Assembly (NCBI GenBank): GCA_029008005.1
Contig: JAQXIX010000026.1
Coordinates: 3,870 to 67,869, forward strand
Length of the DNA: 64,000 nucleotides
Source of the DNA: Bacillota bacterium
GTDB taxonomy: Bacteria; Bacillota; Clostridia; Peptostreptococcales; Anaerovoracaceae
Direction of reading: 5' to 3'
Position numbers and translations under genes: made by a program
In this document: one piece after another, positions 10,113 to 19,348 of the stretch
How the letters are laid out: each line of letters opens with the position of its first letter
Numbering within the stretch: the stretch's first letter is position 1
The notes under the pieces: generated by a model
What the model was told of the DNA's origin: nothing
Database searches by the model: none
Seen by the model: only the letters and a program-made list of their open reading frames with translations

Positions 10113-11354
10113 ATGGGAGATATGAAAGAAAGAGATTACATGTTTGATACGTTCCGGGGATTGCTTATGCTGAGCATCCCCGTTTCTCACTTTACGAAGA
10201 TGTCAGGCAATCTGTACGGAAGCCTCTACGGAGGCGGATTTCACCAATGGGGAATCGAAGGTTTTGTGTACATTACGATAAATGTTTTTGTAATGCAGGC
10301 TTTTATGTTTTTGTCCGGGTATTTTTCGAAGCGACCTGAACGAGCCAGAGAGACAGCGTTCAAAACATTTATGTGGCCTTACCTGGTGTGGACGCTTGTA
10401 TATTTCTTTGTCAGAATGTTTTTCTTCGGAAATGCTCATTTGAAGTTTCTGACGCCGCCGTTTGCATTGTGGTTTTTGTTTGTTCTGTTTTTTTACAGGT
10501 TTTTTCTTAAGGATATGATTAAGCTTCCTCACCTGATGACAATGGCGATTGTTATGTATTTCGTCGTAGGTGAGATTTCTTCGTTTGAGAATTTCATGTC
10601 GCTGGGCAGAGCTTTTTCGTACTTTCCGTTTTTTCTGTTCGGTTTTTACTGTTCGAAAGAAAGACTTGCAAAAATCAGAACGATGAAGGACCGACCGATT
10701 GTGATTGTCCTTCTGGCAGCAGTTCTTGTTTTATCATCTCTTGCATTGTGCAAGTGGGGGCCGAGAGCGGGATGGTATCTGCTGAAGGGACCGATTGATA
10801 ATTTTCCGAGTATGGCATGGTATGATGACATGTTTTTCAGGCTGGTGCTGCTGTTGCTCAGTTGTGGGTGGATTATTCTGATGGTGAATATCCTTCCGTC
10901 TAAAAAGGGTTTTCTGGCTTTTGTCGGTGTAAATACAATGCCCGTATATATTTTTCACCTGACACTGAGATATGTAATAGATTTTTACGGACTCTATATG
11001 GGATTCATCTCGTGCCTGACAGTTGCATGGTTCGCAGTAATCTCACTGATATACGAAAGGACTTCGGTTAAGAGAAAGACTAAGGCAAAGGTAATTTATG
11101 CTCTTGTGACAGTACTTTCAATAGGAGCATTTTATATTATGTATTCGTCCGGAGTACTTGTTCCTCTGTATGGAGGATGTCCGGAGAACAGATTGATATA
11201 CCTCCTTATGGTTTATGGAGGAGCTATCATGGCGGGATGTTCCTTCACAGCACCGTTCTGGATAAAATTGTATGACCTGGTAATCGAAGGACCGACAAAA
11301 ATGCCGACAATAGTAAGTTGGCTGCAAAAGACTGATTTCGGCAAAAAGCAATAA
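10113..11354 (+). CDS. Acyltransferase_3-family membrane O-acyltransferase
   Basis: RDYMFDTFRG...H, FMFLSGY, LWFL and YIFH motifs in a multi-pass membrane protein. Confidence 0.82.
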   Translation: MGDMKERDYMFDTFRGLLMLSIPVSHFTKMSGNLYGSLYGGGFHQWGIEGFVYITINVFVMQAFMFLSGYFSKRPERARETAFKTFMWPYLVWTLVYFFVRMFFFGNAHLKFLTPPFALWFLFVLFFYRFFLKDMIKLPHLMTMAIVMYFVVGEISSFENFMSLGRAFSYFPFFLFGFYCSKERLAKIRTMKDRPIVIVLLAAVLVLSSLALCKWGPRAGWYLLKGPIDNFPSMAWYDDMFFRLVLLLLSCGWIILMVNILPSKKGFLAFVGVNTMPVYIFHLTLRYVIDFYGLYMGFISCLTVAWFAVISLIYERTSVKRKTKAKVIYALVTVLSIGAFYIMYSSGVLVPLYGGCPENRLIYLLMVYGGAIMAGCSFTAPFWIKLYDLVIEGPTKMPTIVSWLQKTDFGKKQ

Positions 11355-11357
11355 AAT

Positions 11358-11387
11358 ACTGCCGTACCAAGTGATTGGTGCGGCAGT
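11358..11387. terminator. Probable bidirectional terminator between convergent genes
   Basis: ACTGCCGTACCAA-GTGA-TTGGTGCGGCAGT hairpin. Confidence 0.6.
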
Positions 11388-11410
11388 TTGTTGTAAGCCT
11401 GTTTTTAAGT

Positions 11411-12841
11411 CTATTCCGGTTTGGATGCTATTTTGCTTTTTTTCTGAATCAATGTGCTGCTTCTGTCTGCAATAGGAATGTATTCCTGAAGCTTCTGAGC
11501 GCTCTTGTATGCCGGACGCATGAGTTTGCCGCCGGCTACAAGTTCCTCGATTCTGTGAGCGCACCAGCCTGAAAGACGTGCTGTCGCAAACAGAGGAGTT
11601 GCGATGTCGTTAGGGATGTCAAGAGCCGAATATACGAAACCTGAATAAAGGTCTACGTTGGCAGGCATGTTGACTTCTTTGCCGTGGACTTCAGCGAAAA
11701 GCTGAGGAACCCGTTTCTCAATGTAATCGCAGAGAAGGAATTCTTCAATCAGGCCTTTGCTCTCTGCAAGTTTCTTAGCCATGTCCTTGAGAATTACCGC
11801 ACGAGGATCCGAAAGGGTGTAAATCGCGTGGCCCATTCCGTATACGAGACCTGTCCTGTCATTTGCCTCACCCTTCAGAATTTTAACAAGATAATCATCG
11901 AGTTTAGAATGATTGCCTGTATCAGGAACATGCTTCTTAATGTCGTTCATCATATTGATTACGGCAATATTGGCCCCACCGTGTTTAGGCCCTTTAAGTG
12001 ATCCGACGGCTGCGGCAATGGCAGAATATGTGTCGGTACCTGTTGATGAAATCAGGTGGGTAGTAAAGGACGAGTTGTTTCCGCCGCCGTGCTCTGCGTG
12101 AAGAATCATGCAGATGTCCAGGAGACGTGCTTCAAGTTCTGTGTATTCACCCATCGGTCTGATCATACGCAGAATATTTTCTGATGTGCTCAGCTCACTG
12201 ATAGGAGGATGCAGATGCAGACTCTTGTTATCATAAAATGAGCTCTTTGCCTGATAAGCGTATGAAATAATCGCAGGGAAATAGCCCATAAGATTGATAG
12301 ACTGTCTCAGTACATTGGTAGGCGAAATATCATCCGGATTTTCGTCATAACAATAGAGCGCCAGAACGCTCCTGGCCAGTTTGTTCATAATATTGTTTGA
12401 CGGAGCGGTCAGAATCATATCCCGCGCGAAGCCTAAAGGCAGCTCGCGATGACTTCCGAGAATGTCGTTAAAAACTTTCAGCTCGCTTTCGCTTGGAAGT
12501 TTACCGAGCAAAAGCAAAAATGACACTTCTTCAAAGCCAAAGCGATCTTCAGCAACAATATTGGAAATAAGATCCTTGATATTGTAGCCTCTGTAATAGA
12601 GTTCACCTTCGCGAGGAATTTTATTTCCTTCAGAGTCCATGTCATAACCGCAGACTTCCCCAATGTGAGTAAGTCCGACAACCACACCGGTTCCGTTGGA
12701 ATTTCTCAGCCCTCTCTTGACATTATTGTCTATGTATTGCTGAGGGTCGATGGTGTTTGCGGTTTTGAAAAGTTTATAGCTGTTCTTGTACAGAGCTTCC
12801 TGCTCTGCTGCTGTCTTTTTATTTTTCATTTTTTCGAACAT
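11411..12841 (-). CDS. gltA: Citrate synthase (Si-type citrate/2-methylcitrate synthase family)
   Basis: LHAEHGGGNNS, GPKHGGAN, GMGHAIY, DPRA, ANVDLYSG and ARLSGWCAH motifs. Confidence 0.9.
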   Translation of the reverse strand: MFEKMKNKKTAAEQEALYKNSYKLFKTANTIDPQQYIDNNVKRGLRNSNGTGVVVGLTHIGEVCGYDMDSEGNKIPREGELYYRGYNIKDLISNIVAEDRFGFEEVSFLLLLGKLPSESELKVFNDILGSHRELPLGFARDMILTAPSNNIMNKLARSVLALYCYDENPDDISPTNVLRQSINLMGYFPAIISYAYQAKSSFYDNKSLHLHPPISELSTSENILRMIRPMGEYTELEARLLDICMILHAEHGGGNNSSFTTHLISSTGTDTYSAIAAAVGSLKGPKHGGANIAVINMMNDIKKHVPDTGNHSKLDDYLVKILKGEANDRTGLVYGMGHAIYTLSDPRAVILKDMAKKLAESKGLIEEFLLCDYIEKRVPQLFAEVHGKEVNMPANVDLYSGFVYSALDIPNDIATPLFATARLSGWCAHRIEELVAGGKLMRPAYKSAQKLQEYIPIADRSSTLIQKKSKIASKPE

Positions 12842-13025
12842 TTACTATCCCCTTTCTATCCCTTTTTTACGTTTTATCAAACTAAACCCTATGTTATGTT
12901 ATCATATCAAGACCAAAAAAACAATAAAAATGCAATTTATGGACGATAAGTAATTTCATGTAGTAAAGTGCAAAAAAATATGGTACAATAAAATATCGTA
13001 AACCAACAGAAAGGAGACTCAGAAT

Positions 13026-16000
13026 ATGAGAGAGCAAAGAAAATTCAAAAGAGTGCTTGTGGCAAACCGTGGTGAGATAGCAATCAGAATATTCAGAGCC
13101 TGCAAGGAACTGGGAATCAGGAGTGTTGCCATATACTCTGAAGAAGATAAAAATACGTTATTCAGAACGAAGGCAGACAGATCATACCGCATAGGTGAAG
13201 GCAAAGCGCCAATCGATGCGTATCTGGCAATAGACGAAATCATAAGCCTTGCAAAGGCCAAAGGAATTGACGCGATTCATCCGGGATACGGATTTCTTGC
13301 TGAGAACACAGAATTTGCCAAGGCATGTGAAGAGGCAGGAATAGTATTTATCGGACCGGATTACAACATGATGGACAATCTCGGAGATAAGGTAAAATCC
13401 AAGCTTATTGCCAAGTCAGTGGGAGTACCGACGATCCCGGGCATAGCAGAGACAATACCGGATGTTCAGACTGCTATTGATTTTGCAGAAGACTGCGGAT
13501 ACCCTGTAATGCTTAAGGCTGCAGCAGGCGGCGGCGGACGCGGCATGAGAATAGTGCGCAGCAGAGAAGAGCTTCCGGGACAGTTTGAAAGCGCCAAGAG
13601 CGAAGCGGCGAAAGCATTCGGAATAGACGATATATTTATCGAGAAGTACCTGGAAAGACCGAAGCATATAGAAGTGCAGGTTCTCGGTGACAACTACGGA
13701 AACGTTGTACATCTTGGAGAGAGAGACTGCTCGATACAGAGAAGACATCAGAAAGTTATTGAATTCACACCGGCACTGTCAATAAGCAAAGAACTGAGAG
13801 ACAGACTTTGCGAAGATGCCATAAAGATTGCGAAGGCAGTTGACTACAGAAGTGCAGGAACAGTGGAGTTCTTAATAGACAACGAAGGAAACCACTATTT
13901 CATCGAAATGAATCCGAGAATTCAGGTTGAGCATACGGTAACAGAAATGACAACAGGAATAGACATCGTTCAGTCGCAGATTCTCGTGGCGGAAGGATAC
14001 AGACTGGATTCAGAGGAGATAGGAATAGGAAGTCAGGAAGATATACAGCCGAGAGGATTTTCGATTCAGTGCAGACTGACGACGGAAGATCCTATGAACG
14101 GATTCGCACCTGATACGGGAGTGATAACAAGATATATAAGTCCGGGCGGTTACGGAATCAGACTTGACGCGGGAAATGCACAGACAGGAGCAGAAATATC
14201 ACCATACTACGACAGCCTGCTTGTTAAGGTTACTGCATGGGCTCGTACATGGGAGGATACGGTAAACAAGGCAAGAAGAGCCTTAAGAGAACTGAAGATT
14301 CAGGGAGTGAAGTCAAACAGAACATTCCTGCTTAATGTGCTTAACCACGAGGATTTCGTGAAGGGATGCTGTGATACGGGCTTTATAGCCGATAATCCGT
14401 CACTTCTGCGTTCAGAACCTAGAGCGGCATCGGAGTTTAAGATTCTCAACTACCTGGGAGACCTTTATGTAAACGGAAACAAAGGCGTCAAGCCGCAGTT
14501 TGACAAGCCTGTATTCCCGAAAGTGTCACAGCAGGAAGTATCGGAGCTTAGAGGAACGAAGCAGCTTCTCGATGAGAAGGGACCTGAAGGAGTCGTTAAC
14601 TGGATAAAGGATCAGAAGAAGCTTCTGATAACAGATACGACAATGAGAGATGCTCAGCAGTCACTGATGGCAACGAGAGTTCGTACAGTAGATATGGAGA
14701 AAATCGCACCTGCGGTAGCCAAGTACGGACGGAACCTCTTCTCGCTGGAGATGTGGGGAGGAGCTACATTTGACACAGCATACAGATTCCTGGGAGAGTC
14801 GCCTTGGGAGAGACTTGAAACCTTAAGGGAAGCAATTCCGAACATAATGTTCCAGATGCTCATAAGAGGAGCGAACGGAGTAGGATACAAAAATTATCCT
14901 GATAATGTAATAAGGAGATTTGTAAAGGAAAGTGCTGAGTCGGGAATAGACGTATTCAGAATTTTTGACTCTTTGAACTGGATTCAGGGAATGGAAGTGG
15001 CACTGGACGAAACGCTCAATCAGGGAAAGATAGCTGAAGCATGTATATGCTACACAGGTGATATTCTCGATGAGAGCAGAGACAAATACAGCCTGAAATA
15101 CTATGTGAACATGGCTAAGGAGCTGGAGAAGAGAGGAACACATATTCTCGGAATCAAGGATATGTCGGGACTCATTAAGCCTATGGCGGCCAAGAAACTC
15201 ATAGAGGCACTTAAGAATGAAATCAGCATACCTGTTCATCTCCACACTCACGATACATCAGGAAACGGAGTGGCAACGCTTATGATGGCAGCCAATGCGG
15301 GAGTCGACATAATAGATGCAGCTATTAACAGCATGTCCGGGCTTACATCGCAGCCGGCTCTCAATTCAATAGCGGCAGCTATGGTGGGAACAGACAGAGA
15401 TACAGAACTTGATATTGACGGAATGCAGGAGATATCAGATTACTGGGCTGCTGTAAGACCTGTATACAAGGGCTTTGAATCAGATATGATGACCGGTTCT
15501 GCCGAGATTTACAAATACGAAATGCCGGGAGGACAGTACTCAAATCTCAAGTCGCAGGTTGAATCCTTCGGACTCGGATACAAGTTCAAGGAAGTAAAGG
15601 AAATGTACAAGACGGTAAACGAGATGCTTGGTGATATTGTCAAGGTAACTCCATCATCAAAGGCAGTTGGCGATATGGCAATATTCATGGTACAGAATGA
15701 GCTTACTCCTGAGAACATATATGAGAAGGCAGCCAATATGGACTTCCCTGATTCGATAGTTTCATTCTTCGAAGGAATGATGGGACAGCCGACGGGAGGT
15801 TTCCCTGAGAAGCTGCAGAAGCTTGTGCTTCATGGAAAGGAACCGATTGCCTGCAGACCGGGAGAACTTCTGCCGGATGAAGATTTCGATGAAATCAAGA
15901 AACTGCTCAGAGAGAAGCATGGACTTGAAGGAACAGAGAAAGAAGCTCTTTCATATGCACTTTATCCTAAGATGTATGAGGAATTCCTTGAAAAGCAGAA

Positions 16001-16469
16001 GAAGGTCGGAAAGTTCAGATACATGGGATCGGATATATTCTTCCACGGACTTTCGGAAGGAGAAACAAGCGAAATCAAGGTAAGAGAAGGAAGAGAACTT
16101 GTTGTAAGACTGGCTGAGGTTAGAGAAGCAGATGAAGAAGGCTTCAGAAATGCCATCTTCGAAGTGAACGGTAACAGAAGCGCTGTGAAGATAAAGGATA
16201 AGAATGCGACAATAGCATCATCTGCATCACAGATTGTATATGCAGATGTTGACGATCCTACTGAAATAGGCGCTAACATTCCGGGAAATATTGTCAAGGT
16301 TCTCATAAGCGAAGGCGATGAGGTTGAAGAAAAGCAGCCGATTGCAGTTATTGAGGCTATGAAGATGGAAACCAACATTCTGGCAACTCAGAAGGGAATT
16401 GTTGACAAGATTTATGTAAGTGAAGGTTCGCAGGTTAAGTCCGGAGAACTGATTGCCAAGCTTAAATAG
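13026..16469 (+). CDS. pyc: Pyruvate carboxylase
   Basis: Biotin carboxylase (ANRGEIA, HPGYGFLAEN), carboxyltransferase (RDAQQS, HLHTHD) and biotinyl EAMKM domains. Confidence 0.97.
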   Translation: MREQRKFKRVLVANRGEIAIRIFRACKELGIRSVAIYSEEDKNTLFRTKADRSYRIGEGKAPIDAYLAIDEIISLAKAKGIDAIHPGYGFLAENTEFAKACEEAGIVFIGPDYNMMDNLGDKVKSKLIAKSVGVPTIPGIAETIPDVQTAIDFAEDCGYPVMLKAAAGGGGRGMRIVRSREELPGQFESAKSEAAKAFGIDDIFIEKYLERPKHIEVQVLGDNYGNVVHLGERDCSIQRRHQKVIEFTPALSISKELRDRLCEDAIKIAKAVDYRSAGTVEFLIDNEGNHYFIEMNPRIQVEHTVTEMTTGIDIVQSQILVAEGYRLDSEEIGIGSQEDIQPRGFSIQCRLTTEDPMNGFAPDTGVITRYISPGGYGIRLDAGNAQTGAEISPYYDSLLVKVTAWARTWEDTVNKARRALRELKIQGVKSNRTFLLNVLNHEDFVKGCCDTGFIADNPSLLRSEPRAASEFKILNYLGDLYVNGNKGVKPQFDKPVFPKVSQQEVSELRGTKQLLDEKGPEGVVNWIKDQKKLLITDTTMRDAQQSLMATRVRTVDMEKIAPAVAKYGRNLFSLEMWGGATFDTAYRFLGESPWERLETLREAIPNIMFQMLIRGANGVGYKNYPDNVIRRFVKESAESGIDVFRIFDSLNWIQGMEVALDETLNQGKIAEACICYTGDILDESRDKYSLKYYVNMAKELEKRGTHILGIKDMSGLIKPMAAKKLIEALKNEISIPVHLHTHDTSGNGVATLMMAANAGVDIIDAAINSMSGLTSQPALNSIAAAMVGTDRDTELDIDGMQEISDYWAAVRPVYKGFESDMMTGSAEIYKYEMPGGQYSNLKSQVESFGLGYKFKEVKEMYKTVNEMLGDIVKVTPSSKAVGDMAIFMVQNELTPENIYEKAANMDFPDSIVSFFEGMMGQPTGGFPEKLQKLVLHGKEPIACRPGELLPDEDFDEIKKLLREKHGLEGTEKEALSYALYPKMYEEFLEKQKKVGKFRYMGSDIFFHGLSEGETSEIKVREGRELVVRLAEVREADEEGFRNAIFEVNGNRSAVKIKDKNATIASSASQIVYADVDDPTEIGANIPGNIVKVLISEGDEVEEKQPIAVIEAMKMETNILATQKGIVDKIYVSEGSQVKSGELIAKLK

Positions 16470-16490
16470 TTAAAACGGAGGCATAAGATC

Positions 16491-16730
16491 ATGGGTAATG
16501 GCGTAATAGGAAAGATAATATATTTCTGGATTTTCATGATTGGCGTTATAATATTCGGTAAAATAGGCGGCGTTATGGAAGATACGAAATCATCCCTGAT
16601 GGTTCTTATTGCTGCGGCTTTGATTTACATTGTCTGGAATGTAGGAAGGTATTTGGGCAAGCGAAGGCGTGAAGAACGTGAAGCTGCCGCTAAACCGGTT
16701 AAAGTCAAAGGAAAGAATAAACAGCGATAG
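16491..16730 (+). CDS. Small two-TM membrane protein with a basic tail
   Basis: SD GGAGG, two hydrophobic helices, and a position just before the operon terminator. Confidence 0.7.
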   Translation: MGNGVIGKIIYFWIFMIGVIIFGKIGGVMEDTKSSLMVLIAAALIYIVWNVGRYLGKRRREEREAAAKPVKVKGKNKQR

Positions 16731-16756
16731 AACAGATTGCAGTGTTATAACGAAAG

Positions 16757-16801
16757 AAAACAACTTTACTATGCATTTTAGCATAGTAAAGTTGTTTTTT
16801 T
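16757..16801 (+). terminator. Rho-independent terminator
   Basis: 18-bp perfect stem AAAACAACTTTACTATGC/GCATAGTAAAGTTGTTTT followed by a T-run. Confidence 0.85.
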
Positions 16802-16907
16802 GCATTAAAAATGAAAATGTGAAAACGTTTTTTTGGTAATTAAAGATGTCGATATAATATAATTTACATGCAAAATAATGATAATTATTAATAGGAGGCA
16901 ATCCACA

Positions 16908-18233
16908 ATGAATAGTACAAACTGGAAAGAAATATACGACAGCAGACTTTGCACAGCAGAAGAGGCTGTTAAATCGATTAAATCAGGTGATAAAGTGATC
17001 TTCGGACACTGCATCAGTGAACCGACCGGATTAATTGATGCGATGGTTGCCAATGCAGATGAATACAGAGGCGTGGAAATTTCACACATGGTATCTCTTG
17101 GAAAGGGCGAATACACAAAGCCTGAATATAAGGACAATTTTATTTTTAAGGGAATATTCTGCGGTGCAGGAACAAGAAAATGCGTTGCAGACGGTCACGG
17201 AGATTTCATTCCGGTATATTTCTCGGATGTTCCTGTATGGATAAGAAACGGTCTTCTGAACTTTGATGTATGTATGGTAATGCTCTCGCCGCCTGACGAA
17301 AGAGGATACTGCAATATCGGCGTAGAGTCAGGATACACGTATCAGGCAATCAAATCAGCGAAGATGGTTATCGCACAGATAAACGAAAACGTTCCTGTTG
17401 CCTACGGAGATACATTTATTCATGTAAGCGAGCTGGATAAAATTGTTGAGATGACAGCACCGCTGTTCGAACAGGCTCCTCCTAAAATCGGCGAAGTTGA
17501 AACAGCTATCGGTAAGTACTGTGCAAGCCTTATTGAAGACGGAAGCACACTCCAGCTTGGAATAGGAGCTATCCCTGATGCGGTTCTGGCAGAACTTAAG
17601 GACAGAAAGCATCTCGGTATCCATTCAGAAATGATAGCTGATGGTGTAATTGATCTTGTTGAAGCAGGTGTTATCGACTGTTCCGAGAAAACACTTCACA
17701 ATGGTAAAATCGTTGTTACATTCCTTATGGGAACAAAGCGTCTTTATGACTTCGCTCACAAAAACCCAATGCTGGAGCTGAAGCCTGTTGATTACGTTAA
17801 CAATCCGTCTGTAATAGCTAAAAACAACAAGATGGTTTCAATAAACTCAGCACTTCAGGTTGACTTTATGGGACAGGTTGTTGCCTGCACAATAGGTAAG
17901 AAGCAGTTCTCGGGAGTCGGCGGACAGGTTGACTTTGTCAGAGGCGCAGCCATGGCAGAAGACGGAAAAGGCGTTTCCATAATCGCTATGCCGTCTGTTA
18001 CTGTTAAGAAGGACGGAACAGTAATTTCGAAGATTACACCGTACATTGACGAAGGTGCAGCTGTAACTACAAACAGATACGATGTAGATTACATTATCAC
18101 AGAGTACGGTATCGCGAGAATGAAGGGCAAAACTCTTAAGGATCGTGCTCGTGCGTTAATCGCAATCGCACACCCTGACAAGCGCGAAGAACTCATAAAG
18201 GAATTCGAAATCAGATTTAACGATAAGTATTAA
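16908..18233 (+). CDS. Acetyl-CoA hydrolase/transferase (4-hydroxybutyrate CoA-transferase-like)
   Basis: TLQLGIGAIP, HSEM (catalytic Glu), SGVGGQVDF and TEYG motifs; SD AGGAGG. Confidence 0.9.
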   Translation: MNSTNWKEIYDSRLCTAEEAVKSIKSGDKVIFGHCISEPTGLIDAMVANADEYRGVEISHMVSLGKGEYTKPEYKDNFIFKGIFCGAGTRKCVADGHGDFIPVYFSDVPVWIRNGLLNFDVCMVMLSPPDERGYCNIGVESGYTYQAIKSAKMVIAQINENVPVAYGDTFIHVSELDKIVEMTAPLFEQAPPKIGEVETAIGKYCASLIEDGSTLQLGIGAIPDAVLAELKDRKHLGIHSEMIADGVIDLVEAGVIDCSEKTLHNGKIVVTFLMGTKRLYDFAHKNPMLELKPVDYVNNPSVIAKNNKMVSINSALQVDFMGQVVACTIGKKQFSGVGGQVDFVRGAAMAEDGKGVSIIAMPSVTVKKDGTVISKITPYIDEGAAVTTNRYDVDYIITEYGIARMKGKTLKDRARALIAIAHPDKREELIKEFEIRFNDKY

Positions 18234-18236
18234 GAA

Positions 18237-19202
18237 TCAGTAAGAAAAAATCTTTTTTATATGCCATTCCGTAATATACTTTTCAATTATTTCAAGAGCA
18301 TTGAAGTCATCTATGATTTCAATGCTTTTGTCATTGTTCAGAACATTATGGAATTGCTTAGTGCATGAATTTCTAGCGTCCTTCGGAGAGCAGTCCCACC
18401 ACTGTCGAAAGGCGTGATAAAAATATTTAGGGTCTGAGAAACCTACGGAGTAGGCAATTTCGCAGTTGGGTAAATCGGTTTCAAGCAGCAGGTGGTGTGC
18501 GCGGAAACAACGAACATATTTGACCATGGAACTGAAGCTTTTGAAAACAGTTGTAGTCAGGAACTGAGAAAAATAATTGTAGTTAAGATGCTCTCTCTCG
18601 GCTAGGTCGGAAGCGGAGATTTTGCTTCTGTAATTTTTCATGCAGTATGTGAATAAGCTGTAGAATCTGTCACGGAGTTCAGGATTAATGTATTCATCGT
18701 GATTGTTGTAATTGTACCAGTCAAAGTACTTTAGCAGAATATCTTTAAGTCTTGTTTCGGATGCTTTGCGGCCCGGATTGTCCTTATTGCCGAACTGCGA
18801 CGCAGCGAGAGCGAGAATAATATCCTTGACGGAATTCATGGCCTCTTGCTGATATGGGAAAAGGTGAGTACCCTCGCAGGTGAACATAACAGGCTCGCCG
18901 TTAATGAAGCACGAATCGCTCCTGCTTAAATCAAGATGAAATATAAGAAGAAGATTATCCTCCCCCGAAGCATTTGAAATATAGTGGATTTCGTTGGCAT
19001 CAACGGAAAATACACAGTCTTCCGTCAGTGTCACTTTCTGTTCTCCGGTAACAAGAAAAACACATCCCCGCAGACAGTAAACAAGTTCGAGGGATGTCTT
19101 GTGAAAATGGGGAAGTGTGTGGCTGATTCTGCAAAGGCGTGATTCGGATAAAAAACCTTCGCGGTATATTACTTTTTCTTCTCTTACCAGATTCTTTTTC
19201 AT
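18237..19202 (-). CDS. AraC-family transcriptional regulator (N-terminal cupin)
   Basis: Cupin HFH..LE...H and the AraC HTH IAYSVGFSDPKYFYHAFR; divergent from the dehydrogenase gene. Confidence 0.88.
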   Translation of the reverse strand: MKKNLVREEKVIYREGFLSESRLCRISHTLPHFHKTSLELVYCLRGCVFLVTGEQKVTLTEDCVFSVDANEIHYISNASGEDNLLLIFHLDLSRSDSCFINGEPVMFTCEGTHLFPYQQEAMNSVKDIILALAASQFGNKDNPGRKASETRLKDILLKYFDWYNYNNHDEYINPELRDRFYSLFTYCMKNYRSKISASDLAEREHLNYNYFSQFLTTTVFKSFSSMVKYVRCFRAHHLLLETDLPNCEIAYSVGFSDPKYFYHAFRQWWDCSPKDARNSCTKQFHNVLNNDKSIEIIDDFNALEIIEKYITEWHIKKIFSY

Positions 19203-19208
19203 GGTTCT

Positions 19209-19237
19209 ATGATACAATATCATCAAAAAGTAGTCAA
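19209..19237 (-). promoter_or_regulatory. sigmaA promoter for araC (leaderless-type)
   Basis: On the minus strand, TTGACT-17-TATCAT-6 nt-ATG. Confidence 0.6.
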
Positions 19238-19348
19238 ATTACAGATTTATCATGTGAATTTATACAAAAAACGGCTACTGTTTATATAGGGTTAGAGGGT
19301 AATAATGGATATAGCGATAATTCAAAGCAAAAGAATAGAGGTGAAATT

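Noticed and set aside
19139-19348. 70-aa N-terminal extension of the dehydrogenase in the ORF track
   Set aside because: It overlaps araC and its promoter. The SD GAGGTG and the Rossmann motif place the start at 19349.
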